NCBI RefSeq assembly: GCF_018977255.1
Contig: NW_024704747.1
Location: 10,106,001-10,170,000, forward strand
Direction: 5' to 3'
Length of the DNA stretch: 64,000 nt
Source of the DNA: Callorhinchus milii
Lineage: Eukaryota
Position numbers and translations under genes: made by a program
The notes under the pieces: model-generated
Databases searched by the model: none
What the model was told of the DNA's origin: nothing
What the model saw: only the letters and a program-made list of their open reading frames with translations
Shown: positions 10,581 to 22,368 of the stretch, in pieces
Position numbering within the stretch: the first letter of the stretch is position 1
Layout of the letters: each line of letters starts with the position of its first letter

Positions 10581-11789
10581 TTGAGTAGAAGTTTAATTTC
10601 TGCTGTTTATCTTAATTTTCAACTCCCTTTGTACCATTTGGAGCTTTTACTTTCTCTACGATTATCTTGCTAGTTTACCCACAAGCTCAGAATATTCTTG
10701 CTGAGTAGGTAATGATAGAGGGTGTTTTTTNAACGTATAAATTCATCTCCAAATTTTTGGTGATGGTATGAGATAGGTATTATTATATAACCAAATACAT
10801 TCTTCATGTAGCATGTTTTAGATTTAATTAATATTTTTATAAATCTATCTCAATATCAAAGCAAAATAAAGTCTTGAAGCTAGTATGAATGGAAACATTT
10901 GAATCCATTGTCCAGAGATAATCAGCTTGATATCTTTCTAAAATGTTTGTGTTAAAGCATAGTAGAAGCCAGAATTTATATTTTATTATAAATCTCAGAT
11001 GTCCCTGTGACTTCTCATGGTATTAAAATACCAACTGTACACAAAATATTGTAATGAAGGCTTAGCAGGGTGTAATGTCATTGATCTTGGTCCCTGCTTC
11101 CAGGACTTTTTAATGTGACTCATTAATGAGCTAATGAACCTTGAGATGTCTAGCAGAAGGCATATGGCTGGAGGTTCATTACAGCTTAAGTATTTATGCT
11201 GAGGTTCAGTAGTAGTAAGAAGTAAGAATCATGAAATAAGAGCAACCCATCAAGCATGACCTTTTCACTAGCATGCGCTTCTCATACTAAGTGCTTATGC
11301 TCCATACTATACATCATTCTGTAGCTAATTATGTGATCTTTACTTAAACATACATACATATAGAATAATAAAAGAATGAGCGTCCAAGATGGCAACTGGA
11401 ACTACATCATATAAAATCCTACTCTGCCTTTGGTGTTTAATTAGTTCTGGTAATCGTTATAAGGCTTGTTGCAATTTGTATATCTTCGCCAATTTATTCA
11501 TCCATTGCACTTGCCCATTATAAATATTCAATGTAAAAAAAAGTACAAAGTAATATTCTTGTACTTAATCAAAACAATAGCATGGTTAGAACAAACAATC
11601 AATTTGTAGATAAATCCTATCCATACAAAAGTCAAAATATTATTCATAACCTGTCCAAGATTCTCCCATTGTTGATCTCCATGTTTGATGATGCCCCTCT
11701 GGGCTCAGAACATTGTACCCCTTTCCTGTTATGTCTCTATTTAACTGTTTGTCATCCTCTTACCATTGCACATCAACTTAAATTTAGAT

Positions 11790-12462
11790 GAAAAAGGACT
11801 TTGGCTTGTTTGACCTCATCGTTCTAGAGTACCAGATCAACATTTCAGCATCAAGTGGATTCTTAAATAAGTGCAGTCTAATCATTCTTTCTGGTTACCT
11901 GTTCCAATTGCTAATTACCCTCTATGAAAATAAATACATTCTAGTCTTGGTCCTAAACTTCCCCTTTACAACTCTCTTAACCTTTCACCAGTTACTTTGG
12001 TGAATCTTAAATTGTACTTGATTTACTTTCTCAAATCCCATTATTCATATCTCCTTTATGACATCATTCCAAGTTAGAGTTCATTCTTATTTAATTAGTC
12101 CTCATAGTTCCTCCCACTAACACTAGGAATTGGTGTTGTTGCTTTCCTCTGCAATATCTTCAGGGCCTTATATTGTGGAGACCAGAACTAGCCCAAGTAC
12201 TTCAGGCTGACTCACTAGAGCATTGTGCAATTTGGACATGTCTTGGGCGGATCTGAACTGAGCTGATTTGCAATCTGGCCTAGCATCTTATTTGGTTTGT
12301 TTATTGCAGTGTCGTGCTTTTAGGACACAGTGAGCAATGAATCAGCAAACGCTTTCTCTAACTCCTTGTCATATTTTATCCCATTCATGGAGCACATACA
12401 CTTCCTGTTTTCACTTCCTATAATCAGCACTTTCCATTTATCTGCGTTGAACTTCATCAATA
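11790..12462 (-). mobile_element. Old CR1 RT 3' fragment
   Basis: ctgttccaattgctaattaccctct, ggagaccagaactagcccaagtacttc (LEY..QFWS antisense) and ttatctgcgttgaacttcatc (MKFNADK antisense). Confidence 0.65.
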
Positions 12463-12463
12463 T

Positions 12464-12675
12464 CAGCCCGGTTCAGTTAGCAGCACTCTTGTCTGTGGAA
12501 TCTAAAGATTGTAAGTTCAAGCTGCACGTCAGGACTTTGAGCTCTAGTCTAGGATGACACTAAAATGTAGTGATGAGGGTGTGTTGCATTTTGAGGTGCC
12601 TTAATTCAAATGAGTGCGAAACCATGCTCTTGTCTGCCTATTTAGGTAGATGTTAGAGATCCCATGGCACTACAA
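12464..12675 (+). mobile_element. Deu-domain SINE (SacSINE1-like) 5' half
   Basis: cagcccggttcagttagcagcactctt...ggatgacac...gaggtgcc...gatcccatggcacta. Confidence 0.65.
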
Positions 12676-14109
12676 CAAACGTCCGGTTTACCAGACTCTG
12701 GAATTCATACCTGTCGAATAACCTTCCAACCTGGCCCAAAACAGAATTTTTAAATATAATTCTGGGGAGCCACAACTAGATTCCCGCTGTGAGACCCGTC
12801 TCACGGTCCTTGCTGGACTCAGTGGCCAGCGATATCGACTTAGTTTGAATCCCAGCAGCATAAGATAGCTTTTTCACATCAATGCCTTCCTTTAACCTAT
12901 TCTTACAAGCTTCTGCATGTGAACTAAAAAAGAACAGTCAACTGCTTATGTTGGCAGTGTTGACACTACAGTGAAAGAATAATGTCTTACCTTCTGCTAT
13001 TTCTACTTCATGTGGTGCCATCTATGTGGTTAAAGTGTCAAAACAAGCATGTCAATATTATTCATAGCCACCTTTTATTATAAATGCTTCATCATTGACA
13101 TATTGTCTGCTTTGCAACCAAGTACTTAGAGGACTAATACATACAATGCATGAGTGCTTCCATTTAACCAAATGAATCAATCTTTTGCAGTACACCATTT
13201 TCCCAATAAGCATTCTCTAAGGAAGACCTTTGACCTTTTGTGCATCATTTCCCCATAGATTCTCTATCAAAGAAAGAGAGAAAAGTGCAAACATGATTAT
13301 AGTTCTCTCAGCCTTTACTTTGATTATAACCTTTTTACTATTTAAAGTCATCCCTTCTGTTAGTGATGTAGTATTATTAGAGGCTGTACTGCAACAGTCA
13401 ACTCAAATGACCTTTTTCACCTTACTTCTATAAAGCTAACTGAATGAATGAAGCAGATATAGATTATATCTGTTATTTACTTTCTATTCTCTTGTGCTGG
13501 TCACTTCACACAGTCATTGCTTCCAACCCTAAATTATTATTTGAAATGGTTACCCTGAGCAATAGAAAGCCCTGAGGTAATGAGTGTGATCAAAACAAAA
13601 TCTTCCTTGCATCGTTTAAAAAGTAGTATATTTGCCATTATTTACTTTAGCGAACTGCTTGTGAAACATCTGTGGGAAGCATTGGCTCATTTCTTTTATA
13701 ATTGTCGTAACCATATTCTTGAGGTCAAGATGTCAACCACACCTCTAATAATGCAGCGAATAAGTATAAGCAGTATGCTTGAAAGATCACTCAGTGCCTT
13801 ATTCAGAAACACTTAAGCTTACTTACAGACACTGACTTGGTCTCACGGTGGTAAAGACTGTTTCTAATCCTGTCAAGAGGGCAGCAAGTACCTGCTGGGT
13901 TTCTGGAATGGTAAAGAGCACATTTTATTTTTTGAAAATCCAGTTCATGTCTGTACTATCCATTTATATTGCTTACAGCAGGCATATAAGAATAAAATGA
14001 GAATGTTATCCACCTAACATTATAATACAGTTGTTTAACTTTTTTTGCTACTCCCTAAACATCTCCCTCAGAATTATTTATCTGACCAAAGTGCTTGGTT
14101 TAACCAGTA

Positions 14110-14570
14110 GCAACAATAACTTTTATATTGATATTGATAACCCTTCGTGTTGGGTAATGTCTCAGACCACTTTACAAAGGTGGGTTGGTTAGCAAGCAAG
14201 GATGAGGGGTAGGGGGAAAGGCAGGAATTTGCATGTTCAAAGAGGTAGATTTTAAGGCAGGACTTAAAGATAAAGATTCAGAGTTTTGGGGCAGATAATC
14301 TGAAGACTTGGCTAATGATAGTGATGCGGAGAATGTGGGGATGCACTGCAACCCAAATTTGCTGAGCAGAAGAGTGGGTTAGGAGATGACTGGAGAAAAA
14401 GGAGTTGCTAAAGCATGAGTTGGGGAAGTCAGAGCCAGAAGAGAGGAATTGTTGGCATGAGCTAAGGAGGATGGCTTTCATTGATGTCCATAGACAAGCA
14501 AATAGAACATCAGTGGAGCTAGAATCAAGAGTAGAAATCAGAAAGTAGATTTGGGTGTTATCAGTCAAAA
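14110..14570 (-). mobile_element. Old L2 fragment
   Basis: L2-type tail at ~14110-14175 and TDNTQIY (ADDTQLY-like) at ~14545-14568. Confidence 0.55.
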
Positions 14571-16663
14571 TATAAATCTACATATTTAGCTATTTTAGTC
14601 TTACAAATAATCAAGTTCAAATCAATATTTAAAGCATTCAAACTGTTGAGGCTTGGATGTCTTGTTTGCTTGTACATTATTCTGCCATCATATGAACAGC
14701 GTATTTATGGTGCTTATATTGGGAGAATTCATTACATTTCTTGTCATCTTGTGGTGGCTATATGGCCATGCTGACTAGCAATCTTGTTAGTCTAGGTCTT
14801 GGGAGGTAGCACGTCCAGTACATGATAACCAGTAGTTTATGATTTTGTGTGTAGATATTCGTAGTAGTCCTGCAAGATTTCTTCACAGATGTTTAAATTT
14901 GTCTTGCCAAAGCTTAAAAAACTAACATTAAACTCAAATTAATTTTTCCCCATGTAATTAGAAAATATTATTATTTATTTTGCAATAAATTATATGATCC
15001 TTTTTCTGAATAAAAGTGCTAGAAAATGAACACTGCAGTTGCTTGAATGTTTTATCTCTTTTATTACCAAATTCCTTCCTCTTTATAAGTCATTCACAGT
15101 CAAGCAATTTTCTTTGGCTGAGAGGGTGTGATGGACTAAAGACTAAAGCATCATCAGCCCTGTTAATTAATGGGCTGACAGAAGATATGCATTCAGTGAG
15201 TGATCCTGATTTCATTTGTTTTCTCCTCCTGAGATGAACCTGGCTAGCCAAGAACTGAAAACATTTCCCAAATGGCAGCACAACTGGATGATGGACATAC
15301 CTGGGGCTCAATTCTATAGCCAACTGCATGGGAGAAGGAAACATTAGTACTAAGGCTTTGTGGCTGCTTAATTGTTTACTCATTTAATTTAATCTTAGTC
15401 ATTTTAATTTGACAATAGTCGATAATTGAAAATTAGGACAGTAAAATAAACTTCACCCTATTCAAAGTTCCATTGAATTGATTTTGAAATGTAGTCTTTT
15501 AGAAATCATGTTATTGTGCTGTTTCATTGCAATGAATATTAAGGTATTTGACCCACTTCAGGGAGCTAACATTGGGTTAATCCTTTAATCCTTTGGAAAC
15601 CAATTTTGTTCACATGAAAAGGAGACATTTAACTTCTACTCATTAATTTTCTGCCTTGGAAATAATGTGATTGTGAAGATTAGATTCATTGAAGACACTC
15701 TATTGTCTACAAAGTGCTGGCTATGTCATGGCTACTGAATGATTACATGAGAAAAGGGATATTTTAAGCAGATGTTAAGATACTTGACAGTTTGTGCCAT
15801 CACTGGTTGGTCCCCACATTTCCTGATTTTATAAAATTGATTTCAGTGGTTAATTTTCAACTGTAAGATCTATTCGGAATAGCTGCAATTACTTTGGCCC
15901 TGAGAAGACACACATTTTACATTGTCAATTAGAGATAAAGCTCAAAGGCCAATTTTGCTACAATATAATTATATATTTAGTCCAGGTAAATGGGAACCAT
16001 TTAAAGAGATGAAATATATTTTCCTGTGTTATATCAATTGCGTTTTATATTGTATTATTTCAAAATATTTACAAGAAATATCCACTTTACTAAAGTGAAC
16101 ATTTTTTAAAAGGTTCTAAAATAGTTTAAAGATAGAAACAGAGCATTGTTTTAGAACAGGAAACAAGATTAACATTATTCTTTACTTAATTTTACATAGT
16201 TTCTCAACATATCCCTCACTTATCTATAACTAGAAATGCATCTAGTTGTCTTTATGTCCAATAATCATAATAATAATAATATTTTTTATAAATAGTACTT
16301 CTATTAATGTTGAAATATCTCAGAACACTTCAGAGGTAGCTGCTGTCACGAATAGTGATTGTATTTGTAAAATACATACTATATGCTTCAATTACTTTTC
16401 CCTGTAACTTCTCATATGTCTACGGTTTCATATTTCTTACTACTAACTTTCTATTTTTTATAGAAAAAAACAAATAAATATGAATTTTGGACATATTTTT
16501 GTGGAAAGCAAAAAATGCTGCAAATACACAGCATCTCAGTTAACATTTAAAAGATAGCTTGAAGGTTTGGATATGGCTCTGCTTGTGATATTCAATCCCT
16601 ATATTGGATTGTGGACAAGTGAGACCAGACAAAGAAAATAAAATGATGAGGAAGAAGCTAAAA

Positions 16664-16947
16664 GTGGAGTTCTGAAGCGTACTGGTTAGAGCACTAGCCT
16701 CACAAGCGAGAGGACCTGGATTCCATTACCAGGCAGGCAAAATGTTAGGCACGTTTCATTACTCCCACACACCTCTGTTTTACCCAGCAGTAAGTAGGAA
16801 CTCAGCTGTTAGTTGATTGGCGGATCGCTGTGAGCATGTGGCTGCTACATTTTGCCCATAAATATACAGTCAATTCACTCTACAGTATATTCTGTGAAGC
16901 GCTTTGAGACATCTTGAAGATATGATAAGGCAACGATTATTATTATT
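16664..16947 (+). mobile_element. tRNA-headed SINE, long subfamily
   Basis: gtggagttctg...ggttagagcactagcctcacaagcgag head, cccagcagtaagtaggaac core and (att)n tail. Confidence 0.85.
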
Positions 16948-17714
16948 TTTGTGCCGGTTCATTGCCATCTACTATTTTCTTATATTTCTTGGTCTTCTTT
17001 CCAGGAATATCCTTTCTTCCTACGCATTTCTCACTGCTTGTCCCTAAGCTTTTTTTATTGTCTCTTGGTCTGACTCTCACAAACACTCAAAACTGATGTC
17101 TGACCTCCATCTGCAGATTTTCTAAATTCAAGAAATGCATTTCTTTTTGTTTGACAAGTTACTCCAACGATATGTGATATAAATAATCAAGATAATCAAT
17201 ATGAAAGCACGCAATTCACTTATCTTGTGTATTATGTAGGCTCATACCAGTTTAGTTTATTTTACTGCTTGTGGAACATATCCGTTCCATTTCAAAACTG
17301 AGATTGACGTGAAAATCCCATATTTAACATAGTGCCCTGTGAGCCCAAGTGCATGACAACATATGAAACAATCAACTGAGGGTCTGGACTTATGAACAGT
17401 CAACAACCTTTTCTTTCAGGATTTGGGAGGTTTCCCTCCAATTGTTTTTCCAGGTTGAAAATGTTTTGCCCTTTCTTTGAATCTTCTATTTTTTGGGGGA
17501 TGGAAATTTTTTCCCACATTTTGAAATCTGTCAATTTTAGGTATTTATTGACAGATCTAATTAACTTCTGGGTTATAACTATGGTCTACCAAAACTTCTA
17601 GTTTTCTATCACAAAAGTTGGATCTCCTCAGCCCTGTTTTAACACAACTGAGACTGAACTTTTATGGTGTAATTCTGCTAATTGTTCCCTTGACAAATAC
17701 TTCTCATAAATAAA

Positions 17715-17860
17715 ATAGGTGAGTCAATCCATGACTGTTGTGCAACATTGCTTTACACAATTTGGCTGTCTCGTTGACATACAAAAATACACAGTCAATA
17801 CACTTTACCATAAGCACTTCAAGACTTAAAGGCGCTATATCAAAAGTAAAGATTATTATT
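17715..17860 (+). mobile_element. SINE 3' tail fragment
   Basis: caatccatgactgttg...ttggctg...ggcgctatatcaaaagtaaagattattatt. Confidence 0.55.
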
Positions 17861-18124
17861 TATGCTATTATAGCAGTAAACAGATGATGCTTGTCTTTCT
17901 TTTTAAGCAACCCAAGTCAAGTCATTATTGGATCAATGCATTTCTGCATCTTTTCACAATGTGCTTGTAAACATTTATAGGTAAAACAAATAATTTATGT
18001 GCATTTGTGAAATGGTACAAATCTAACCACAAATTTTATTATGTAAATTAAAGAAGAGCTCACAGGATAAAAGAGGGCCACATGGAACAAATTATTCCAG
18101 AAACCTTTTGGTAAGTGTTCCTGG

Positions 18125-18292
18125 ACCAAAGGGTCTTGAACTGTATCCTCTGTGTGATGGGAAGCCAGTGGACTTGGGCGAGGATGGGGGTGATAGGGTC
18201 ACGGAGCCTGGTGCGGGAGAGGCTCTGGGCTGCAGAGTTCTGGATAATCTGTAATCTGCGGTTTATGGAGGGAGTAGTTGGGGAGGCCAACC
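18125..18292 (-). mobile_element. L2 ORF2 fragment (inverted relative to the downstream copy)
   Basis: RLQIIQNSAAQSLSRTRLRDPITPILAQVHWLPITQRIQFK. Confidence 0.85.
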
Positions 18293-18499
18293 ACCTTACA
18301 ACCACCTTTTGTAATAATTGTAATGATAAGTAATAATTGTTACAATCAGATAGTGTTAAAATATTACCAATTGTTCCATTGGCATGGAAAGAAAATGGAG
18401 CAATCTGATCTCTGCAAAAGTTCTATCTCTGTGAAACCCTGTCTTACAACCAGGCCACCAAAAANCCCTCATACACACATTCATAACATTCAGGCTCAA

Positions 18500-19075
18500 C
18501 TATGCAAACTCCTTGCTTGTCGGCCTCCCCGACTCCTCCCTCCAAAGGCTGCAGGTCATCCAGAATTGTGCAGCTCGTGTCCTCTCCCGCACCACCCCAT
18601 CCTCACCCAGCTCCACTGGCTTCCCATCACACAGAGGATATAGTCCAAGATCCCGGTCCTCACCTTCAAAGTCCTCCATGGCCTTACTCTCCCCTACGTC
18701 TGAGACCACCTAACCTCCTACCAATCTGCCCGATCCCTCCGCTCAGCGGACTCTGGCCTGCTTCACATCCCCCGCCTCACCCACCCCACCATTGGCGGGC
18801 GGGCCTTCAACTACTCTGCCTGCACCCTATGGAACTGCATCCCGCAGTCCCTCCACCTCGCCCCCACCCTTGCCTCCTTCAAAACCCATCTCAAGACCTT
18901 CCTCTTTGACTGTACCTTTGATCACCCCCCTTCCCCTATTGTCCTCTATTCTTCCCGATCCTGACCCCCCAGCTCGGGTCAGAAATACTGATTGCCCAGC
19001 GCCTTGGGATGTCCTCCCGACATGAAAGAAGCTATACAAATGTAATTTTGTTCCTGCTGCTGCTGTTGTTGTTGT
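18500..19075 (+). mobile_element. L2 3' fragment with tail
   Basis: LVGLPDSSLQRLQVIQNCAARVLSR and LHWLPI. Tail cagcgccttgggatgtcctcccgacatgaaag...(gtt)n. Confidence 0.9.
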
Positions 19076-20359
19076 AATTACACTGCTGATTTCATGGTGA
19101 CATCCCAGCATAACCAAAGAAGGAAGACAGGTGAAGTGTAACAAGTGCATAACATCAACTACTTTCTGTAATAATTGTTACAATCAGATAGTGTTAAAAT
19201 AGTCCTAAATGGTGATAATTTCAGAGTTTATTGGCATGGAAAGAAAATGGAGCAATCTGATCTCTGCAAAAGTTCTATTGAATAAAATGTATTACAATGA
19301 CTAGTCATACCTGCACCTTTCCTTCTACAAACTTACAGTAATTGCAAGATACTTATTATCTTATCTACAATTAGATAATGTTGAACATTCCAGAAGCTAA
19401 AATCATACAAAACAAGGAATAAAAGTGGAAATGCATAGCAAGCTTTTGTATTCCCAAATTTAAAATATTTAAAATGCAAAATGTACATTCAACCATGCTA
19501 TTCTTCAATGTTATAGCAAAAGCTACTGAAAAGAATCATAAAATCATTCCAGGTATTAAGTGGCTCATAGGAGACAATTCATCAAACACTGTATCATTGG
19601 TCATTTGCATGCTGTGTATTTGCACATAAGATCTATTAGTGTAATGCAATTTTGTAGCATTATAATGGGTTTGTGCACTGTTACAGAAAATGTCTTTCAT
19701 ACACACCTAAATTTATGAAAGCATCTTTAATAACATGCACTTCAATGTGATTTTAAACAGCTATTGTTTTCATATTGTTCATTTAGCTTACAAAAATGTT
19801 GATTGGTTTCAAATTTTCTTTGTTCAAAATGTAAAATTAAATGTTACTATATTTCCTCAGTGCAAGTTTTTCGAAAATTGAATTCTCCAATTAAATTTTC
19901 ACCATCACCGACTAAAGCTAAATGTCATCCTTCAACCAAAGATTAAAGGTTTTCTAGAGCATAGACTTGCCATTGATGTGTTGACAATGACTCTTCATGG
20001 GAAGGAAGTAGATTCATCTTTGCTATTTGGATTGGTTAAATACTATAGGTTAGGGATGCTATTTCAATGGAAAAGAATGAATTAGACAGTTTTTACATGC
20101 ACAACTTCGCTAGCAATAAATTTCACTAGAAATAGCTATACTTGCATCTGCGTATATGAGAGGGTACATGAGAAGTAAACCTAACAATCAACTCAGCATA
20201 GGTATCTAAATGATGGTTTGAAGGGTAATAGATTACAGCCTGAAACACCTGCAAACATAATAGCCTGGTCAAGTGACACACTACAAATAAACTATTACTA
20301 TACCTTGAAACACATTTTCCTTTCCTTCCCATGCTGCGTTGGTTGTTGAATAAATAATA

Positions 20360-20740
20360 TCAATAAATTGCATTTATTTAGCGCATTTCACATTGTGAGG
20401 ACATACCAAGGTTCTCGACAATGGGGGAATTGCACCCGAGTTGCGGGTTGGGATCAGAGAGGGTTAGAGGGCAAGGGGGCTGGAGGAGGGAAGGTGATCG
20501 TTGGCATGGTCGAAAAGAAAGGTATTGATACAGGCCGAGAAGGAGGGAAGGGGGCGAGGTGAAGGGGCTCCGGCATGTAGTTCCAGAGCAGGGGGATCGA
20601 AAGGCTGCAGGCCCGACTGCCAATAGTGGAGCAGACCATGGTCTGCTGTGCAGAGAGGTTGGGGAAGTTATAATAGATTGCAGATGTAGGAAGGAGTTGA
20701 ACTTGATCCTCTGGCTCCCGCCAGTGAAACAGGGCAAGGA
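20360..20740 (-). mobile_element. L2 3' end fragment
   Basis: Tail at 20360-20420 and TIGSRACS..PLLWN in antisense ORFs. Confidence 0.75.
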
Positions 20741-20952
20741 TAATAATATAATAATAATCCTTGCATTTGATATAGCACTTTTTACGTCTTCTAGATATCT
20801 CAAAGCGCTTTAAAGGATATACTGTAAAGTGAATTGACTGTATATTTGTGGGCGAAACGCGGCAGCCATTTGCACACAGCAGTGTCCCACAAACAGTCAT
20901 GGACTGAGTGACCTAATTATGATTGCGTTTTTTTCCCGGAGGGATTATTATG
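20741..20952 (-). mobile_element. SINE 3' half
   Basis: (aat)n ccttgcatttgatatagc...cacagcagtgtcccacaaacag. Confidence 0.85.
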
Positions 20953-21884
20953 AGGGATGATTGGCTCACAAAGCTTAGTGCAGGAGAGGACATGAGCTGC
21001 AGGCTTCTACTTTTTTTAAATGCTACTTTCTAGCCAGGTGGCAACAGTGGTTTCCTGGGCCTGCATATTGCTTCAACGCAATTTATTTATCTTAGGCTGT
21101 CCTACCCCATCCTGGGTCCCCATTCAGCAAAGTTAGGCACTTTGAGATATCCTCTAGACATGAAAGGCACTATATAAAAATGTGCATTGTGTTGTATTGC
21201 TTTATTGTTTTAACTGAAAAATATTTTAAAAATACAAACATCAGGCATTTTTAACGTTGCAGCATCTCTACTGCTGCTTGTGTAAAAAAAGAGTACTTGT
21301 GATCAATACCAACAAGATTTTAAACCTCCCAAAGCTGCCGGATATCAAACAGTAGTTGTGCTGACCCAGTCTGTCTTACTCCAGCTCTGATTCTCAATTC
21401 AGAACACAGACACGTGTGTAAAATCAGTTTGTCACATCTTGATTAATCCCTTTACACTTTATTGAGTTTATACTGCATTTGCTGATTGATTCTTACAGTG
21501 TAACCATCATTCCCACATCATGACTGAAATGCCACTTTGTGTAGCTAAAATAGAGACCCAGCATCAGTAGCCATTTGCTTTAGAGAATCCCTCCATTACA
21601 GGAGGCTGTTCTGGCTACGTCAGCAGTCTCTGGTGTATATACTGACCGATTCCCATTGTGTTGCACTGCCGTGTTACAGGCCTATACTGTGCTAGTTATA
21701 TCACTCAGCTGATGAATTATAAACTGCCAAAATAGGCTCCTACAGCTGTATTCGCAAATGCCATCTGTAAATGGAAAACAGATGTGCATCAACCAGTTTT
21801 ATTGAGATTTCAAGTTTGCTGACCATTCTATATAAAAGCCACATTCGAAACCTTAGACCTAATAAGAAATTCTTCCCAAAAGAA

Positions 21885-22002
21885 TTTATACATGATATAT
21901 AAATCATAATGCACATATATATACACACACATATAAACCTTGATATATAAATATATATATTAAGGTTTATATATACATAAATATATACAATTTTTATATA
22001 TA
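21885..22002. repeat. (TA)-rich low-complexity tract containing a hairpin
   Basis: atataaacctt...aaggtttatat inverted pair within TA repeats. The TA-rich sequence continues after the SINE (22370-22420). Confidence 0.6.
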
Positions 22003-22003
22003 A

Positions 22004-22368
22004 TCCTGTAGCTCAGTAGTTAGAGCACTCGCCTCGCAAGCGAGAGACCTGGTTTTGATTCCCGGCAGGGCGAAATGTTGAGCAAGTTTCCTTACTCCAC
22101 ACGCCTTTGTTTACCTAGCAGTAAGTAGGAACTCAGTTGTTATTCGATTGGCAGATCACTTTTCCTGGGGTAATAATTCCTCCAATAATACATAAATAAT
22201 AATAATAAATTGGTCACTTCATTCCTCGACTGTTTGTGGGACACTGACTGCTCCACTCAATTGGCTGCCGCGTTTCCTCCACAAATATGCACTTCACACT
22301 TTATTGTGAAGCACTTTGAGACATCTAGAAGGTATGAAAAGGCACTATGTCAAATTCAAGGCTTATTA
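22004..22368 (+). mobile_element. tRNA-headed SINE, long subfamily
   Basis: tcctgtagctcagtagttagagcactcgcctcgcaagcgagagacc head, full core and tail. Confidence 0.92.

Noticed and set aside
10731-10731. Single N bases (10731, 18465, 28879, 47698)
   Set aside because: All sit next to homopolymers, so they are sequencing/assembly ambiguity rather than biology.
16500-17130. Possible second Penelope inverted pair around the SINE
   Set aside because: Similarity is too degraded to support by eye.
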